Assembly: GCA_964588985.1 (NCBI GenBank)
Contig: CAZPQW010000007.1
Span: 32,001 to 96,000, forward strand
Length of the DNA stretch: 64,000 nt
Origin: an uncultured Solirubrobacteraceae bacterium
GTDB taxonomy: Bacteria; Actinomycetota; Thermoleophilia; Solirubrobacterales; Solirubrobacteraceae
Reading direction: 5' to 3'
Under the pieces are notes generated by a model. The model did no database searches and was not told the DNA's origin. It saw nothing but the letters and a program-made list of their open reading frames with translations. Positions 1 to 9,597 of the stretch are shown here, one piece after another; position 1 is the first letter of the stretch, and each line of letters begins with the position of its first letter. The translations under genes were made by a program, and so were the position numbers.

Positions 1-669
1 GTCACGATCGCAGACGTAAACGTCGAGAAAGGCACGGCGCTCGCCACTGAGCTCGGCCTGGAGTTCGTCTCCTGCGACGTGCGCGAGGAGACCCAGGTCC
101 AGGCGGCCGTCGAGAAGGCCGCCGCAGCGGACGGTGGGCTCCGCATCGCGGTCTGCTGCGCCGGCACGGGCTGGGCCCAGAAGGTCGCCGGGTCGAAGGG
201 CCCGCACCCGCTGCTCCCGTTCGAGACGATCATCTCGATCAACCTCATCGGCACGTTCAACGTGCTCCGCTTCGCGTCCTTCGCGATGATCCCCAACGAG
301 CCACTGACGGACGGCGAGCGCGGGGTGTGCGTCAACACCGCCTCGATCGCTGCGTTCGACGGCCAGGTCGGGCAGATCTCCTACTCCGCGTCCAAGGGCG
401 GTGTCGTGGCGATGACGCTGCCGGCCGCGCGCGACCTCGCCCAATACGGGATCAGGGTCAACACGATCGCGCCCGGCCTGTTCGACACGCCGCTGCTCGC
501 GGCGCTGCCGGAAGAGGCCCGCCTGAAGCTCGGCGCGGGCGTCCCCTTCCCGCAGCGCCTCGGCCAGCCCGCGGAGTACGCGCAGCTGGCCTGTCAGATC
601 GTGGAGAACCGCATGCTCAACGGCGAGACGATCCGGCTCGACGGCGCGCTGCGGATGCCGCCGCGCTGA
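1..669 (+). CDS. SDR family oxidoreductase, type II 3-hydroxyacyl-CoA dehydrogenase-like (5' truncated by window edge)
   Basis: Frame open from base 1 (VTIADVN...). SDR motifs NTAS, YSASK (YxxxK), IRVNTIAPG and C-terminal [13 protein letters not shown]. Confidence 0.93.
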   Translation, partial: VTIADVNVEKGTALATELGLEFVSCDVREETQVQAAVEKAAAADGGLRIAVCCAGTGWAQKVAGSKGPHPLLPFETIISINLIGTFNVLRFASFAMIPNEPLTDGERGVCVNTASIAAFDGQVGQISYSASKGGVVAMTLPAARDLAQYGIRVNTIAPGLFDTPLLAALPEEARLKLGAGVPFPQRLGQPAEYAQLACQIVENRMLNGETIRLDGALRMPPR

Positions 670-688
670 CGGACGCCGCGCGCGACGC

Positions 689-1117
689 CTACGCGCCGGC
701 GGGGACCCCGAGACGCTCGAGCACCTCGTCGCGGTCGGTGCCGTGAGCTTCCAGCACGCGTGAGAAGTGCTCGCCGTAGACGTCCATCACAGCCAGCAGC
801 AGCTCGACCGTGGTGACGCCAGCGCTATCGCGGTCCGCGGCCACATCCATCGCTCGCCTGCTGACCTCCACGATCACGTCGCCGTTCGGAACGCCGACCG
901 AGCCGCTCGATTGTCCCGCCCCGCTGTCGGGCACCTGCACGAGCGACTCCTCGCTCACGCCGAGCGCCTGCAGGGCGATCCCCACCTCTCCGTGCAGGCG
1001 CAGCACGCGCAGCCACCGTTCGGCCTGCTCCTCAGGCGAGCGGGCGAACGGCATCGCCGTCGATGCGATCGCCAGCACGATTTCCGCGTCGGGGGCCAGT
1101 GCTCGCGTGCCGTTCAT
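689..1117 (-). CDS. Small protein with a Clp N-terminal repeat-like C-terminus
   Basis: ATG at 1117 overlaps the upstream TGA (ATGA coupling). C-terminal AMDVAADRDSAGVTTVELLLAVM...VLEAHG resembles Clp_N repeats. Confidence 0.6.
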   Translation of the reverse strand: MNGTRALAPDAEIVLAIASTAMPFARSPEEQAERWLRVLRLHGEVGIALQALGVSEESLVQVPDSGAGQSSGSVGVPNGDVIVEVSRRAMDVAADRDSAGVTTVELLLAVMDVYGEHFSRVLEAHGTDRDEVLERLGVPAGA

Positions 1118-3057
1118 CGCGACACCCCCACAGCCGCCTGACGGCTCGCGCGCCGAGCCGGCAGATATGCGAGATTGTCGCGCTGCACCGTTACCTCCGG
1201 CGCACCGTCGCCGAGGCGCAACCGCAGGATCACGCTGCCGGCGCCCCCCGCCGCGTCGCGCGCCTCGCTCACCACGTCCGCGACCTCGTTCGAGTGCACC
1301 CCGCAGGCGAGCAGGAAGTCCTCGGTACGTCCACTCGCAGCCTCCTCGCGGTCGATCTCCAGCTCCTCCACCAGCACACGCGGCGCATCGCTTTCGCCCT
1401 CCACGCTCAGCACGCACGCGGCCATGTCGTCAGGGCGCCTGTCCGCCTGCGCGGCCACCCGGTCGAGCAGATCCGACGCGGTCGCTCCGTGCCCCAGGCC
1501 GGCGAGTGCCTCCACCAGCCGCGCCTCGCCGAACAGCTCGCCGCCGACGCGCGCCTCGGTGACGCCGTCAGTGTGGAAGCACATCCGGGCGCGACCGGGT
1601 AGCGACAGCACCGTCTGACGTGTACCCGTCCTCCTGCCCACGCCGAGCGGCGGCGCCGAGCAAGCCGTGACCGAAGCGAGCGGCGGCGCACCGGCCTGAG
1701 AGCCGAGCACCACCGGCGGCGGATGCCCGGCACACGAGTACACCAGCGTGCGCTCGCTTGGCTGATAGGTGGCGACCACCACGGTCGCGAAGGACTCGCC
1801 CAGCTGGCGCTCGAGCACGTCCCCCGCGGTCTGCACCGCTCCGCGCGGCGAGAGGCCCGCCTCCAGATAGGCGCGCAGCGTGAAACGCACGAGCGCCGTG
1901 TGCGGGAGCGCCTCGCGGCCGTGCCCCGAGACGTCGCCGAGGAGGATCGCGATACGGCCGTCCTCGAGCGCGAACACGTCATAGAAGTCTCCGCCCGCGC
2001 CCGGTCCCGCCGCCGGACGATAGGCCGCCGAGGTCGCCACCGGGCCCACTCGCGCCGGCAGCACGGGCAGAAGCGCTGTCTGCAGCAGACCAACGTCCTC
2101 GAGCAACTGCTCCCGCTGGCGCTCCAGTCGCCTCGTGCGCGCCGCCGCGAGACGCGTGCGCAGTCCCATCGTCGCCGCGAGCGCCAGCAGCAGGCCGATG
2201 AGCACCCGCACGGGCACCGGCACCACCGCCACGATTCTCGTGATCGTGCGCGTCAGCGGGGAGAGGCGCGTGGCCGAGGCGATGTGACGGGGCAGCGCGG
2301 ATGGCTGTGGCGTGTGGACGACGCGTGATGGCGTGACCGCGAGCGCGACCGGCGTGAGGGTGCCCGCCGGGGAGACACGCGGCTTGGTGCCCGCACGCGG
2401 AGCTCGGTTCCTTGGGTGTCGAGCGTGCGCCGGCTGGCGCGCGACACCCGTCACCGCGGGTGGGGCCGAGCTCGCGACCGATGGGGGGCTCGCCACCTGA
2501 GGAGCCACCACTGTCGGTGAGGCCTGTGCGACCGCCGATTGAGTGGGAGCGGTTGTCGTCGCGGTTGCCGCCACTGCGGACCCTGCGGATTTGTGGGCTT
2601 CTCCGCCGGCCTCGGCCCGGTGGTGTCTCGTGCGTGCACCGGCGCGATCGTGCCCATGCCCGCGACCGCTCGGGCTGCGTCGCGCGTCCGGCTGCGTCGC
2701 CGCGGGCTGTTGGCTGGCGCCGGCCTGTTGTTCGCCGGCTTCCCCCTGTTCGCCACCGGCCTGCTGCCCGCCTGCTTCCTGCTGTTCACCGACTTCGCGA
2801 TCGTGGCGTCCCCCCTGGTGCGAATGCTGCCCGCGTGAGCGCCCCTGGCGCCCGTCGGTGCCCTGCGACTCTTGGGCCTGCTGGGGTGGCTGGCTCGTCT
2901 GAGGCGGCTGGCTCGTCTGCGTGGTCTGCGTCTGCGCTGGTTGGCTCGTGCGCGAATGCCCACCGCGGCCGCGATCGGCGCGAGCCCCCGCAAGCGGAGC
3001 GAGCAACAGCGCCGTCGCAAGACAGCCGGCGATCGCCGGACCGACGAGCAGGCGCAC
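1114..3057 (-). CDS. PP2C/SpoIIE-family Ser/Thr phosphatase with signal peptide, long low-complexity region and TM helix
   Basis: GGDFYD, LGDVSGHG, AGHPPP, HTDGVTEA and DDMA motifs. Hydrophobic N-terminus and TM segment VLIGLLLALAATMGL. Confidence 0.9.
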   Translation of the reverse strand: MRLLVGPAIAGCLATALLLAPLAGARADRGRGGHSRTSQPAQTQTTQTSQPPQTSQPPQQAQESQGTDGRQGRSRGQHSHQGGRHDREVGEQQEAGGQQAGGEQGEAGEQQAGASQQPAATQPDARRSPSGRGHGHDRAGARTRHHRAEAGGEAHKSAGSAVAATATTTAPTQSAVAQASPTVVAPQVASPPSVASSAPPAVTGVARQPAHARHPRNRAPRAGTKPRVSPAGTLTPVALAVTPSRVVHTPQPSALPRHIASATRLSPLTRTITRIVAVVPVPVRVLIGLLLALAATMGLRTRLAAARTRRLERQREQLLEDVGLLQTALLPVLPARVGPVATSAAYRPAAGPGAGGDFYDVFALEDGRIAILLGDVSGHGREALPHTALVRFTLRAYLEAGLSPRGAVQTAGDVLERQLGESFATVVVATYQPSERTLVYSCAGHPPPVVLGSQAGAPPLASVTACSAPPLGVGRRTGTRQTVLSLPGRARMCFHTDGVTEARVGGELFGEARLVEALAGLGHGATASDLLDRVAAQADRRPDDMAACVLSVEGESDAPRVLVEELEIDREEAASGRTEDFLLACGVHSNEVADVVSEARDAAGGAGSVILRLRLGDGAPEVTVQRDNLAYLPARRASRQAAVGVSR

Positions 3058-3060
3058 CCG

Positions 3061-3468
3061 TCAGCCGACTTCCGCCGAGCGATCCCGAACGTGACCGAGC
3101 GCCAGCTCGAGTGTGGGGAAGATCGCAAACACGCCGTCCATGCCTGAGAGCTCGAAGATTTTCGACACGGCGTCGCCGCCGCAGACGATCGCCAGCCGCG
3201 CGTCCGAAGCCAGGCTCCGGTTGACGCCGACGAGCACCCCGAGTGCGGTCGAATCCATGAAGCTCGCTCGCGAGAGGTCCACCACGAAACGGGTGCGACC
3301 GGCGGCGAGCGCGTCGACGAGGGTCCACTTCAGGCGCGGCGCCGTCGCGAGATCGAGCTCTCCCTCGATCGCCATCACACTGCAGTGCTCGTCGAGATCG
3401 CGCTGCGCGATCGAGAACGGCACGATGGAAGGCGGCGTGAGGCTGGACGTGTCGAGTCGGCTGAGCAT
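3061..3468 (-). CDS. STAS-domain anti-sigma factor antagonist
   Basis: GELDLATAP and FMDSTALGVLV (phospho-Ser motif). AGGAG RBS upstream of ATG 3468. Confidence 0.9.
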   Translation of the reverse strand: MLSRLDTSSLTPPSIVPFSIAQRDLDEHCSVMAIEGELDLATAPRLKWTLVDALAAGRTRFVVDLSRASFMDSTALGVLVGVNRSLASDARLAIVCGGDAVSKIFELSGMDGVFAIFPTLELALGHVRDRSAEVG

Positions 3469-3598
3469 CGAGGGGCTCCTAACGTTGCGCGCTGAGGGAT
3501 GCGCTAAGTCCGCAATCTGCACTTCGGCCGAATGCGGACGGACGGAAACCGACACGGCGGATGATCGAACGAGCGTCCACGAGTACGATGCGTCCCGG

Positions 3599-4669
3599 AT
3601 GGGTGCGCTGGGACCGTTGATCCACGATGACAGCCCACGCGCCGCCCGAGCTTGGCGTCGCGTGCGCGGTGTGGCCGCAGTTGCGGTCGCGCTCGTGCTC
3701 GTCACGGCGCTCTCCCCTGTGCTGCTCCTCGTCGCGGCGCTCGTCGACCTTGCGCTGTGGCTACGAGCCCGCAAGCCGTGGATGGCGGTGCGGCTGATCG
3801 CGATGATGTGGTGGTTTCTCGTGGGCGAGACCTGGGCGCTGCTGGGACTGCTGGCGATCTGGGTGGCCTCGCGGGGTCGCGACAGCGCCCGCCGGCGCGA
3901 CCGCGTGTATCGCATCAAGCGGCTCTGGCTGCGCAGTCATCTCGCCGGGATCCGCGCCCTGTTCGGCCTGCGCTTCGAGATCGAGGGGCTCGAGCTCGCC
4001 GGCCCCGGCCCCGTGATCGTGCTGATCCGCCACGCGAGCATCATCGACAACGCGCTTCCCGACGCGATCCTCGGCCACGCCCACGGTCTCGGCTTCCGCT
4101 TCATCATCAAGCGCGAGCTGCAGATGCTCCCCACGATCGACGTCGGCGGGCGCTGGGTGCCGACGCTGTTCGTGCGTCGCGGATCGGGCGACACCGAGAC
4201 CGAGCTCGAGCGGATGCGCGCGCTCACCGTCGACATGTCGGCCGGCGACGGCCTGCTGATCTATCCCGAGGGCACCCGCTCCACGCCGGAGAAGCTCGCG
4301 CGCGCGAAGGCGATCATCGCCGAGCGCCAGCCCGAGATCGCGCCGCTGGCAGAGGGGCTGCGGAACCTGCTACCGCCACGGCTTGGCGGCACCCTGCTGC
4401 TGCTCGAATCGGCGCGCGACGCGGATGTGGTCATCTTCGGCCACGTCGGCCTGGACGGCTTCGAGTACGTCAGCGACATCTGGTCGGGCGGCCTGGTGGG
4501 CACGACCGTCCACCTGAAGTTCTGGCGGTTCCCGGCCGCGGAGGTGCCGAGCGATCGCGAGGAGCTGATCGCGTGGCTGTATGAGCGCTGGCAGGAGCTC
4601 GACGACTGGGTTGGCGAGATGCGCTCGCTGAGCCCCGCCGCCGAGCCTGCCCTGTCGTCCTCTACTTGA
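3599..4669 (+). CDS. 1-acyl-sn-glycerol-3-phosphate acyltransferase (PlsC-like) family
   Basis: HASIID (HxxxxD) and YPEGTRS motifs, N-terminal TM helices. Start approximate. Confidence 0.85.
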   Translation: MGALGPLIHDDSPRAARAWRRVRGVAAVAVALVLVTALSPVLLLVAALVDLALWLRARKPWMAVRLIAMMWWFLVGETWALLGLLAIWVASRGRDSARRRDRVYRIKRLWLRSHLAGIRALFGLRFEIEGLELAGPGPVIVLIRHASIIDNALPDAILGHAHGLGFRFIIKRELQMLPTIDVGGRWVPTLFVRRGSGDTETELERMRALTVDMSAGDGLLIYPEGTRSTPEKLARAKAIIAERQPEIAPLAEGLRNLLPPRLGGTLLLLESARDADVVIFGHVGLDGFEYVSDIWSGGLVGTTVHLKFWRFPAAEVPSDREELIAWLYERWQELDDWVGEMRSLSPAAEPALSSST

Positions 4670-5855
4670 GGCGTTCCACCAACATCGCCATGCCCATGCC
4701 GCCGGCGACGCACATCGACTCGATGCCGAACGTACCGTCCTTGGCCTCGAGGCCGTTGAGCAGCGTGGTCATGATGCGCGCGCCGGTCATCCCGAACGGG
4801 TGACCGAGGGCGATCGCCCCGCCGAACGGGTTGAGCTTCTCCTCGTCGATGCCGAGCTTTTCCTTGCACGGCACGATCTGCGCGGCGAACGCCTCGTTGA
4901 TCTCGACGATGTCGATGTCGCTCATCGCCATGCCCGTGTTCTTCAGCAGCTGCTCGATCGCGGGGATCGGGCCGACGCCCATCACCTCGGGGCGGATCGC
5001 CACGACCGTCGAGGCGACGATGCGCGCTTTGGGAGCGATGCCGAGCTCCTTGGCGCGTTCCTCTGAGGTCACGAGCAGCGCGGCGGCGCCGTCGTTCAAC
5101 GGACACGCGTTACCAGCCGTCACGGTGCCGTCAGGCCTGAACGCGGGCTTCAGCGCGGCGAGCTTCTCGAGCGTCGTGCCCGCACGCGGGCCGTCGTCCT
5201 TGGTGACGACCTGCTCGGGCACGTCGATCTCGTTGCCTTCGCGGTCCTTGTCCTTGTGCGCGGGGGCGGTGACGGGCACGATCTCCTTGTCGAAGTGGCC
5301 CGACTCCTGAGACGCGACCGCGCGGTTCTGGGAGATCACGGCCCATTCGTCCTGGGCCTCACGGCTGACGCCGTACTCGTCCGCGACGTTCTCCGCGGTC
5401 AGGCCCATGGGGATGTACACGTTGTAGAGCGAGCCCTCGGAGCCGTCGAGCTGTTTGTGGAATTCCCACGGGGCGCCCTGGTTCGCGCGCGAGACCGCCT
5501 CGATGCCGGCGGCGATGTAGGTGTCTCCCTCGCCGGCCTTGATCGCGTGGAAGGCCATCCTCGTGGTCTGCAGCGAGGACGCGCAGAAGCGGTTGACGGT
5601 CGTGCCCGGGACGTGGAAGTCGATGCCCGCGAGCAGCGCCGCGTTGCGGCCGATGTTGTAGCCCGACTCGCCCTCGGCGAAGCCGCAGCCCATCATCACG
5701 TCCACGATCGAGCTCGACTCCAGCTGCGGGTTGCGCTCCAGCAGCGCTTTCAGCGGGATGGCCGCGAGGTCGTCGGCGCGAACCGATTTGAGCGACCCCT
5801 TGACGGCCCGCCCGATGGGCGTGCGGATGGCGTCGACGATCACAGCTTCAGGCAT
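4662..5855 (-). CDS. Acetyl-CoA C-acyltransferase (thiolase)
   Basis: NRFCASS, INEAF, GHPFG and CVAGG catalytic motifs. Confidence 0.96.
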   Translation of the reverse strand: MPEAVIVDAIRTPIGRAVKGSLKSVRADDLAAIPLKALLERNPQLESSSIVDVMMGCGFAEGESGYNIGRNAALLAGIDFHVPGTTVNRFCASSLQTTRMAFHAIKAGEGDTYIAAGIEAVSRANQGAPWEFHKQLDGSEGSLYNVYIPMGLTAENVADEYGVSREAQDEWAVISQNRAVASQESGHFDKEIVPVTAPAHKDKDREGNEIDVPEQVVTKDDGPRAGTTLEKLAALKPAFRPDGTVTAGNACPLNDGAAALLVTSEERAKELGIAPKARIVASTVVAIRPEVMGVGPIPAIEQLLKNTGMAMSDIDIVEINEAFAAQIVPCKEKLGIDEEKLNPFGGAIALGHPFGMTGARIMTTLLNGLEAKDGTFGIESMCVAGGMGMAMLVERLK

Positions 5856-5939
5856 GTGGGACTCTCTCCTTGGTTGTTTGGCCCCCGCGGCGAGCCGCCG
5901 GCGGGTGGCGGGAGGTGGGCAATCCTACGGGATCGACGG

Positions 5940-6995
5940 TCAGTCGAGGCTGTCGTAACCCCAGAGGGTCACCAGGTCGCGGCCCAGATACTCGCTCAGC
6001 GCCACCACCTCTCCCTTGGAGCGCCGACGCAGCTCGACCATGAACTTCTCGTCCGGTTCGTTCGGAGCGCGGTAGGCCACGCGGCGCCACTGCGTCTTGA
6101 ATGCGGTGCTGCCGGCCAGCTTGGACGTGAGCGCGTTCACGGTGCGCCCCAGCGGGCCGGCCGCGTCCGGATTGGTGCGCGCGGTGCGGGCCGCGTTGGC
6201 GAGGTGGTGCAGCTGTGGCGAGCGGATCGCCTTCACCGGTTTCGTGTCCAGCGTGTCGAGCTCGACGGTGTCGTCCACGTCGAGGAAGCGCAGCACCCTG
6301 CGCAGCGTCTCCTCGTTGTCGCGCCGGTAGTCGTCGTAGATCAGCGTCAGCACGTTCTCCGCTCCGAACACGTCGTGGTAGCGGCGCAGCTGCTCGGCGT
6401 AGCGCACGTGCTCGGAGTACAGAAGCGCGTCAGGGTGATGGCTTCGACGCGGAATCCGCTTGCCTTCGCGCCTGGCCTGCTCGAGCCCGATCGCCTTCTG
6501 GAAGTCGCGCTCGTCCTCCACGTTGCTGGAGACCATCTGCAGGTGGAACGAGCGCAGGAAGCTCGCCGGCTCGCGCAGGATCGCGATGATGCGCGCGTCG
6601 GGCTGCACCTCGGCGATGCCGCGGGGCGCGTCGAGTGAGCGAATGTACTGCGGCGAGGCCTCACCCACGAGCTCGTCGGCGTCCGCGCCCGCGAACAGCG
6701 AGAGATAGCCGTCGAGCGTGTGCTGCGGCTTCGGCGTCGCCTTGCCCACCTCGAAGCGGGAGCGCAGATCGGTGTTGAAGTACCGCGGCTCCTTGACGTC
6801 GCACATGAAGATCTGCGGATGCTCTTTGAGCATGTAGTAGAGCGCCGTGGTGCCGCACTTGGCGTGGCCGACGATGAAGAAGTCAGGCACGCGTTTGCCC
6901 GACACGTACGTCGCGGACCCCTTCTCCCGCACCGGCACCGCCCCCTCGACAGCACCGGTTGAGCTGTCGGACTCGCCCCGTTCTGACACTGTCAT
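5940..6995 (-). CDS. PAPS-dependent sulfotransferase (stand-alone paralog of the 49-54 kb array)
   Basis: PDFFIVGHAKCGTT (5'-PSB loop), KEPRYF, GEASPQY, ILREPASFLRS and C-terminal WGYD. Confidence 0.92.
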   Translation of the reverse strand: MTVSERGESDSSTGAVEGAVPVREKGSATYVSGKRVPDFFIVGHAKCGTTALYYMLKEHPQIFMCDVKEPRYFNTDLRSRFEVGKATPKPQHTLDGYLSLFAGADADELVGEASPQYIRSLDAPRGIAEVQPDARIIAILREPASFLRSFHLQMVSSNVEDERDFQKAIGLEQARREGKRIPRRSHHPDALLYSEHVRYAEQLRRYHDVFGAENVLTLIYDDYRRDNEETLRRVLRFLDVDDTVELDTLDTKPVKAIRSPQLHHLANAARTARTNPDAAGPLGRTVNALTSKLAGSTAFKTQWRRVAYRAPNEPDEKFMVELRRRSKGEVVALSEYLGRDLVTLWGYDSLD

Positions 6996-7048
6996 CCCCC
7001 GAAAGTATAGGGCCGAACGCCGCTGGTCGGAACGCTTTTACGAGTGCG

Positions 7049-7699
7049 TCACAGGTCCAGGCGACTGACGCCCAGCTCGTCGAAGCCAACGTGGTGGGCG
7101 AGCTCGTGGCGCACGGTGCGCGTGACCTGGTCACGCAGCAGATCGGGGTCGTGGCCGAAGTCGCGGCGCAGCGTGTCGCGGAAGATCACGATGCGGTCGT
7201 GCGTGTTGTCCCGCGTCGCCCCGTCGCCCTGGTAAAGGCCGTAGGCGCCTGCGCGCCGTCCACCGTTCGAGATCACCACCGCCACGTGCGAGAGCGCGTT
7301 GCGCAGCAGGTCCGGCAGATCGTCGAGCGCATCGCGGACGAGCTCTTCGAAGTCGGAGTCGTCGAGCGGGTCGAGCTCCATGAAGTCGCTTTCTTCGGGG
7401 TCCACCGCGAGCCCTTCGCGCGCGAGATGCTCCGATTGGCGGACGATCTCTTCGAACTCCGCCTCGGACTCGGGGTCGCGCCAGTTGGCCATGCGCACCG
7501 CCACGAACGCGACGCTGCCCATCAGCGCCGCCGCCACGATCACGCCGAGCGCGATGTCCTCGAGCGCCCTGACCACGCCGATCGAGCTGAAGCCCTGTGC
7601 GACCACCAGCGTCACCAGCCCCAGCGACATCGCGATCGCCGAGGCGAACGCGACACGGCGGATGTGGCTCGAGGGTCCGGGAGGCTGGGGCTCGCGCAT
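7049..7699 (-). CDS. Membrane-anchored zincin-like metallopeptidase
   Basis: Two N-terminal TM helices. YGLYQG, RIVIFR and HELAHH (HExxH). Confidence 0.8.
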   Translation of the reverse strand: MREPQPPGPSSHIRRVAFASAIAMSLGLVTLVVAQGFSSIGVVRALEDIALGVIVAAALMGSVAFVAVRMANWRDPESEAEFEEIVRQSEHLAREGLAVDPEESDFMELDPLDDSDFEELVRDALDDLPDLLRNALSHVAVVISNGGRRAGAYGLYQGDGATRDNTHDRIVIFRDTLRRDFGHDPDLLRDQVTRTVRHELAHHVGFDELGVSRLDL

Positions 7700-7716
7700 C
7701 GCCGGCCTGTGGAGTC

Positions 7717-8862
7717 CTACTTCAACGTGCGGGCGATCACGAGACGCTGGATCTCGTTCGTGCCCTCGTAGATCTGTGTGATCTTCGCGTCTCGCATCAT
7801 TCGCTCCACCGGGTACTCCTTGACGTAACCGTAGCCGCCGAGCACCTGGACCGCCTCGACAGTCACCGCCATCGCCGTGTCCGAGCAGTACACCTTGGCC
7901 ATCGATGAGTACTTTCCGCGCAGTGGATGGCCCTGATCGGCCATCGCGCACGCCTTGTACAGCAGCTCCCGCGCGGCGGCCGTCTGTGTTTCCATATCGG
8001 CCAGCTTGAACTGGATTCCCTGGAACTCGTTGATCGCCTTGCCGAACTGACGGCGCTCGCGCGCGTACGCCACCGCGTAGTCGGTCGCGCCCTGGGCGAT
8101 GCCCACAGCCTGCGCGGCGGCGCCGAGGCGCGTGCGCTCGAGCGTGCCGAGCGCGACGGACAGGCCCTTGCCGACCTCGCCGATCATGTTCTCCTGCGGC
8201 ACGCGCACCTCGTCGAAGATCGGCTGGCCGGTGGGCGAGGCGCGGATGCCGAGCTTGTGCTCGAGCTTGCCCACGCTGAAGCCCGGGCGGTCGGCCTCCA
8301 CCACGAACGCGCTCAACCGTCGGGTCTCGCGGTCGGTGACGGCGAACACGATGTAGAAGTCCGCCACGCCGAGATTGGAGATCCAGTTCTTGGTGCCGTT
8401 GATCACCCACTCATCGCCGTCCCTGACCGCCGTCGTCTTCATCCCGGCGGGATCGGAGCCCGCCTCGGGCTCGGAGAGGGCGAACGCGGGGCTCCACTCG
8501 CCGGTGGCGCACTTCGGCAGGAAGCGCTCCTTCAGCTCGTCGCTGCCGAACAGCTGGATCGGCAGCGTGCCGAGCTCCTGCACCATCAGGATCAGCGCGC
8601 ACGCCGCGTCGACCTTCGCGATCTCCTCGACCGCCATGTTCAGCATCAGCGTGCCCGTGCCCATCCCGCCGTACTCGGTCGGGAACGGCAGGCCGAGGAT
8701 GTCCTGCTCGGCCAGCAGCTTGCGCACATCCCAGGGGTACTCCGCGTTCTCGTCGATCTCGCTCGACCGCGGCGCGATCTTCTCGCGCGCGATCTGCCCG
8801 ATCGTGGCGCAGAAGTCGAGGTGCTCCTGGGGGATCGTGTAGACGTCGCTCACAGCCTGCAT
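7717..8862 (-). CDS. Acyl-CoA dehydrogenase
   Basis: ALSEPEAGSD, NGTKNWISN, KLGIRAS and IYEGTNEIQR motifs. Confidence 0.96.
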   Translation of the reverse strand: MQAVSDVYTIPQEHLDFCATIGQIAREKIAPRSSEIDENAEYPWDVRKLLAEQDILGLPFPTEYGGMGTGTLMLNMAVEEIAKVDAACALILMVQELGTLPIQLFGSDELKERFLPKCATGEWSPAFALSEPEAGSDPAGMKTTAVRDGDEWVINGTKNWISNLGVADFYIVFAVTDRETRRLSAFVVEADRPGFSVGKLEHKLGIRASPTGQPIFDEVRVPQENMIGEVGKGLSVALGTLERTRLGAAAQAVGIAQGATDYAVAYARERRQFGKAINEFQGIQFKLADMETQTAAARELLYKACAMADQGHPLRGKYSSMAKVYCSDTAMAVTVEAVQVLGGYGYVKEYPVERMMRDAKITQIYEGTNEIQRLVIARTLK

Positions 8863-8929
8863 TGGCGTGATCCTAGTGATGCGGGGTTCGCGACGCGCCG
8901 TTGTGCTCGGCGCATGGCGCCGGCCGACC

Positions 8930-8956
8930 GTTTGAGTCCCTACTCCCGTGGGTAAT
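8930..8956 (+). promoter_or_regulatory. Candidate SigB/SigF-type stress promoter GTTT-N16-GGGTAAT
   Basis: GTTT at 8930-8933 and GGGTA at 8950-8954, just upstream of ATG 8966. Confidence 0.55.
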
Positions 8957-8965
8957 CAACCCGAC

Positions 8966-9202
8966 ATGCCCCTTGGAACCTCGATATTTCTCGTCGCAGT
9001 AGGCGCGATCCTGCGCTACGCGGTCACCGCCACTGTCTCTGGGATCTCACTCCCCACGATCGGCGTGATCCTCATGATCGTCGGAGTCGCGGGACTCGTG
9101 CTCGCGATCCTCTACATGCTTGCGTGGAGCCCCCGCCGCGGCCAGGTGGTCAGCGAGCGAGTGGTCGAACGCGATCCCTACCGGGAACCGCCCGTCCTCT
9201 AA
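8966..9202 (+). CDS. Small two-TM membrane protein (DUF6458-like)
   Basis: MPLGTSIFLVAVGAILRYAV...IGVILMIVG pattern typical of small actinobacterial membrane proteins. Confidence 0.75.
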   Translation: MPLGTSIFLVAVGAILRYAVTATVSGISLPTIGVILMIVGVAGLVLAILYMLAWSPRRGQVVSERVVERDPYREPPVL

Positions 9203-9228
9203 GGCCCACCGCTACGCTGATGCTCGAG

Positions 9229-9588
9229 ATGAGCGACGGCGAGCAGGCACAGGACGAGATCGACGTCGACCCCGAGCGGGTCGCCGACTGGCTGGAGCAG
9301 GACCCGAGCCTGCAGGTGATCGACGTGCGCGAGCCCTACGAGCGCGAGGCCGGTCACATCGCCGGCACGCGGCACATCCAGCTCGTCAACCTCACCGGCG
9401 AGGCGAGCACCGTCGCGCGCGAGCATCCCGTCGTCTTCTACTGCCGAGTCGGCGCGCGCTCGCAGATGGCCGCGCAGGCGTTCCGCGCGGCTGGCTACGA
9501 CGCCTACACGATGGCCGGCGGGCTGAAGCGGTGGGCCGAGCAGGGGCTGCCGCTGGAGCCGAAGGGCGGCAGCGTCGCGGCGCACTGA
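9229..9588 (+). CDS. Rhodanese-like domain protein
   Basis: IDVREPYE, GHIAG, active-site loop YCRVGARS and MAGG. Confidence 0.9.
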   Translation: MSDGEQAQDEIDVDPERVADWLEQDPSLQVIDVREPYEREAGHIAGTRHIQLVNLTGEASTVAREHPVVFYCRVGARSQMAAQAFRAAGYDAYTMAGGLKRWAEQGLPLEPKGGSVAAH

Positions 9589-9597
9589 GGTGTCAAC

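Noticed and set aside
2700-2950. Short tandem repeats as a possible CRISPR array or VNTR element
   Set aside because: They are imperfect codon-level repeats inside the PP2C low-complexity arm, with no repeat-spacer periodicity and no cas genes.
7049-8410. 453-aa ORF as a long metallopeptidase
   Set aside because: The upstream part is an alternative frame of the acyl-CoA dehydrogenase. The real gene starts near 7699.
9229-9588. Rhodanese as part of the sulfation system
   Set aside because: Sulfurtransfer chemistry is unrelated to PAPS-dependent sulfation, and there is no operon link to the sulfotransferase.
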